This document shows, piece by piece, positions 60,095 to 64,000 of a stretch of DNA of 64,000 bases. A program made the position numbers and the translations under genes. Within the stretch, counting starts at the first letter, position 1. Every line of letters begins with the position of its first letter. The notes under the pieces were generated by a model. That model made no database searches. It was not told the DNA's origin and worked only from the letters and a program-made list of their open reading frames with translations. The DNA is from Botryllus schlosseri (Eukaryota). Location of the stretch: positions 35,094,001-35,158,000 of the forward strand of contig CM119372.1 of NCBI GenBank assembly GCA_051294905.1, read 5' to 3'.

Positions 60095-63000
60095 GTCGCA
60101 GACGGTGATTCAAAACCAACAATTTGTCACTTGCCCGCGATCGCTATATGTTTTGACACTTCAGAAGAGTGGTTGACTTTAGTTGCGTGATACAAATCAT
60201 GAGAATATTCAATCAATGCGTCAATTTGTCAACTCGAAATGAAACTCACTACACAGTTCAAGTTGATTCGTATCTGAATGTGTTAATTCGGTACAATTCT
60301 AATTATTTTGAGAAATCTTTTCGTGATCTGTTGATTCGACTGCAACCTGAATATTACTGACACCGACTTTCAGCCACATCGAATTATTCGCACACTCCGC
60401 GCCGTCGTTTTCATAGCTATAGAATCAATACCAACTATAACTCTACAAGAATCAAGAATCGCAAGTATGTGCATTATACAGTTATTGTCTTTATCAACAT
60501 GAAATCAAACTCTTAACAAAAACACGCAACTAATCATTCGCCATCTCTAACATTATCAAAAAAATTCCAGTATTGTTGATTGAAAATCCTCGAGTCTTTA
60601 TTTTTAAGAATGTTATAGTACGACGTCGGAATCCACTCGCGAGATGTACTAAAGGTAAATCCAGATAATCCAAAATGAAATATTTGGACTTTGACATAGT
60701 CTGAATTGAAATAGATTGACAAACATGACTAACAACTTTCAACCCAGTCATATTTAGAGATTATACGCACATTGATTCGAAACAAGTAATGAAACATTAC
60801 AACTCTATTCGCGACCTGTCTTTACGTTTGTCAAAGAGAGTTTCAGAAATATCATCACTATGACATCTCAACATTTTAACATCTTGCCATCAACAAAAGA
60901 GTAAAATACAAAAACCTTGTCAAGTCAATCCGTTTGTAACTCACCGAACCAAAGCAAAAAGTGTCCATACGAAAAGTAGACAAGACTACGCAAGTAATCA
61001 CTACAACCCACAAACATATCAAGTTCGGTTTTAGGCATATACCACCAACTCGTCTTTTTTGTTTAACTGTAAAAGTCGTTACTATGCCACAAGACAAAGA
61101 AATTACTATGAGGTATATTTTGTAAGACAAAAGTAATTACTTCTCGGTGTCGGCGACTTGAGGTTAACATAATATATTTGAGTATACGACATTTGAAAGT
61201 ATGACCATCGTAGTTTCTTACAATCGAACGCAGGTGTTATATCGAAAATTATCATGATGTAAACATAAGGATTGACACATTGATTAGACAAAATTTCAAA
61301 CGCAAACTAATAATAGTTGATCATTATTTTATTATTAAATTATTTGCGTTAATTAGACCACGCGTTGTGGTAAATGTTATGACAGCAACAAACTTTTCAG
61401 TACCAATGTTATTAACATATTAAGCTGCAAAACTATGTGTGTCTGAAATGTTCTCGATAGGAAAATTACTCCACCTTGGTAAAAATCACTCTGCGTATCG
61501 CGGATATCAGAAAATATTTCCAGTAACCAAGACTAAAGTTGAAACAACAATATCGGTATTATTACATTCAACACCCGATGCAAAATGCTTTATTGGTCTA
61601 ATTCACAACGGGTAATTGAAACGACTAAGTGTAGAGTATATCACAATGACACGGCGTTACTATTGAATCCAACAATTGATACGATTTATTGTCGAGATTT
61701 GTGACAGCGCATTGAAACATACACAACTTACAGAGTGTGAAAATATCACTTTGGGTATCGAGTACCGTTTGAAGCGCGCGATCAATACATAATTCCGTTC
61801 GCACTCTCTAAGATGTTGTGAAGTCTACAGATTTACACTTCAAGACTTTGATCAACACAGAAGCAATTTGGAATATCTTTACTGGACGCATCCTATTCTA
61901 CTAGACTTGAGTGATACACAAAACTCATAGCATTAACAAAATCGCAATAGGCGCTACACTGAAATCTAAAAAAATGTGTTTGTATTGCTCAAAGTAGTGA
62001 TCATAAATTATCATTTGAATAAGTAATTGTAATCATAAAACCAAACTTGCGAAAGTCATTACCATAACAAAAGAATATTGTAGGTTGCTTGCTAAATGTA
62101 TGCCGGAAATATTTGTAGAACGCTCACGACCAAAGAAATCGGAAATCTCCCTATTGTCATTCGTCAAAGTATATGTTGGCACAATACTCATCCCGTAAAA
62201 GATCCTACTTGTATCTGATTGAATCGCCGGTAATTAACTCGCTAAATCAAACCATAAGGAAATTTCACTCACTCATCGGATATGAAACAGCGTCGCTTAA
62301 TCGGCGTAGATCGTTTTTCTAAATGCAAATCATACCTGACCAACAGAAAACAATTTTCACTCACCTTGTAATGAAACCAAGTGGTGGACCTTCGTTCAAT
62401 ATTTTGTTTGTGTCAAATACTTTGCAATAAACACACTGGAGTGGTCGAGCTTTACATCAGCAGACTGCAATCTGTAAATCAAGCTTACATCCGACTTGTA
62501 ACTGTATCGTTTACCTAACCAAGTTGTATGCACAGTTTGATATTTTTTGTTATTTGGTAATTGCTGAATATACTACTTCGAAATACTCCCTTGAACGTAA
62601 TTTCCATCATCGTAATAATCGAAGTACATTTGTGTCGAATTCGTAACAGCCGACTATGACATGATAAATTTTTGACAAGTTATGCTTGGAAGATTGGTTG
62701 TATATCACGAAAAATAATTACCGCTCATATTGATACTGTTATCCATTGTTCGGTATTTTCAAACGAGTAAAATTTATTACTTGAGTTACTCCGCTTAATG
62801 CAAATGTAAACACAACCGTCTTTCAACATCACAAAGACATCGATACAAAGTATACAATCAAACGCAGCAAGTTTTACTTTTGTAGGTTGTGTATGATTAT
62901 CCTGCATAACTCATTTCTTACCAAAGCCATATGAAATATATTCATGTTACACGAAAATATTCCCATGCTACAAACCTATACAATGATTGGTGGTGCTTTC

Positions 63001-64000
63001 AAAATGTTTCGATACCTCAAGAACTTTATTGTCTCAATGGATGTTCATACATCTTAATAATCAAATAGTTCAACACAGAACTAATACGAACAGAAACATC
63101 AGAGTTGTTTACACAAAAGTTTGTATGTGTACAGTATGTGAATACCATGTGTAAGTCCAGCCCAATTGTGGTATCCATCCGGGTTTAGTTAACACAATTT
63201 ACAACACCGAGGTCGCGTCATCTTTCGTAAGACAACAAACCAAGGCTTCAGGATATGTCCATGTCATAGCAATAAATCAGCTACTCCAACAACAGAGTGC
63301 ATATGTTTCTAGTTACGGTGCTTACATCTTACACACAAATCGACCTACTTTGCTAACGAAAAGTGCTGAGTCATCAACCGATTGCCCTAGCAACAAAACA
63401 GCTAAACGTACTATCATACAAAATGGCCGTTATAGTCACCAACGGTACATGGTACAAGTAACAAGTCTCGAGAATTCAGTTATTCAAAAAACGCGAAAGT
63501 GTTTCTATGCCAAGTCGTTATGTTTGACGAAAGCGTATATTGTAGTATTATGATCGATTTGCATTCGTTGGTCACAAAATGTCACTACTCTAAATAATTA
63601 TTTTTCACTCAAACACAAACGCGTACTTGTCACCAATCGTTTTCATCAAGCACGAGTTCAAGAAACCTGCTACGACATGAATTCCGATTTAGTTTTACAA
63701 ATATTTTATAATTGTTTTTATTAACACTATATCAATGTCATCAAGTTGAGTGTTTACGATATTAGTGTGTAGGTGTCTGTGTCATACTTGGAGGATCCGT
63801 ATTACAATTGACTCGAATTGACTAAATGTAAGAAGGGTTGAAATGTTTCGAATCGATTCATAAGTGGTCTTCGTTGTGGTTTTCGTCGGACATACAGCAC
63901 GAACTAACTGTAGACTCCTCTCTGTTGTGCAGCTACTCGGTAATCGAAATGCATTAACATGTAAACAACGATCTTGTTTTCGTCACACCAAAAATATGTT

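Larger units (their letters stand above)
58756..64000. mobile_element. Candidate left end of a second Polinton/Maverick-like element (probably extends beyond the window)
   Basis: Integrase homology stops exactly at cacggg|AGTAGTATAG, followed by ~1.3 kb of nested repeats. The other end and second TSD are not in the window; the right extent is assumed. Confidence 0.55.

Overview
AT-rich, intron-containing animal genomic DNA. It looks like a marine invertebrate; a tunicate is my guess from the style of the IAP sequence, and the window does not prove it. (1) One apparently intact host gene: a 7-exon, 331-aa opsin (6788-16627, +). It keeps the retinal-binding Lys and three ciliary-opsin intron positions, but its G-protein activation motifs have degenerated (ERY->AHY, NPxxY->CPMIY). 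(2) A full-length, decayed LINE with RNase H (21713-40767, 15-bp TSD). (3) Main finding: a 13,736-bp near-perfect palindrome (23675-37410) splits ORF2 of that LINE. It has two 6,636-bp inverted arms, a 461-bp spacer, a 6-bp TSD (CACGCA) and (AGT)n...(ACT)n termini. These are Polinton/Maverick-type ends, yet I find no polymerase, integrase or capsid gene. Each arm instead carries an intronless 3xBIR(+RING remnant) inhibitor-of-apoptosis gene bracketed by 34-bp direct repeats. (4) A second AGTAGT-starting, repeat-rich element begins at 58756, exactly truncates a Gypsy-type integrase gene and apparently runs off the window. (5) Many non-autonomous hAT-type elements (8-bp TSDs), SINE fragments, a second LINE fragment, and a probable decayed FN3/cytokine-receptor-like gene on the minus strand (~46.9-57 kb). 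All alignments were made by eye; no database searches were run.
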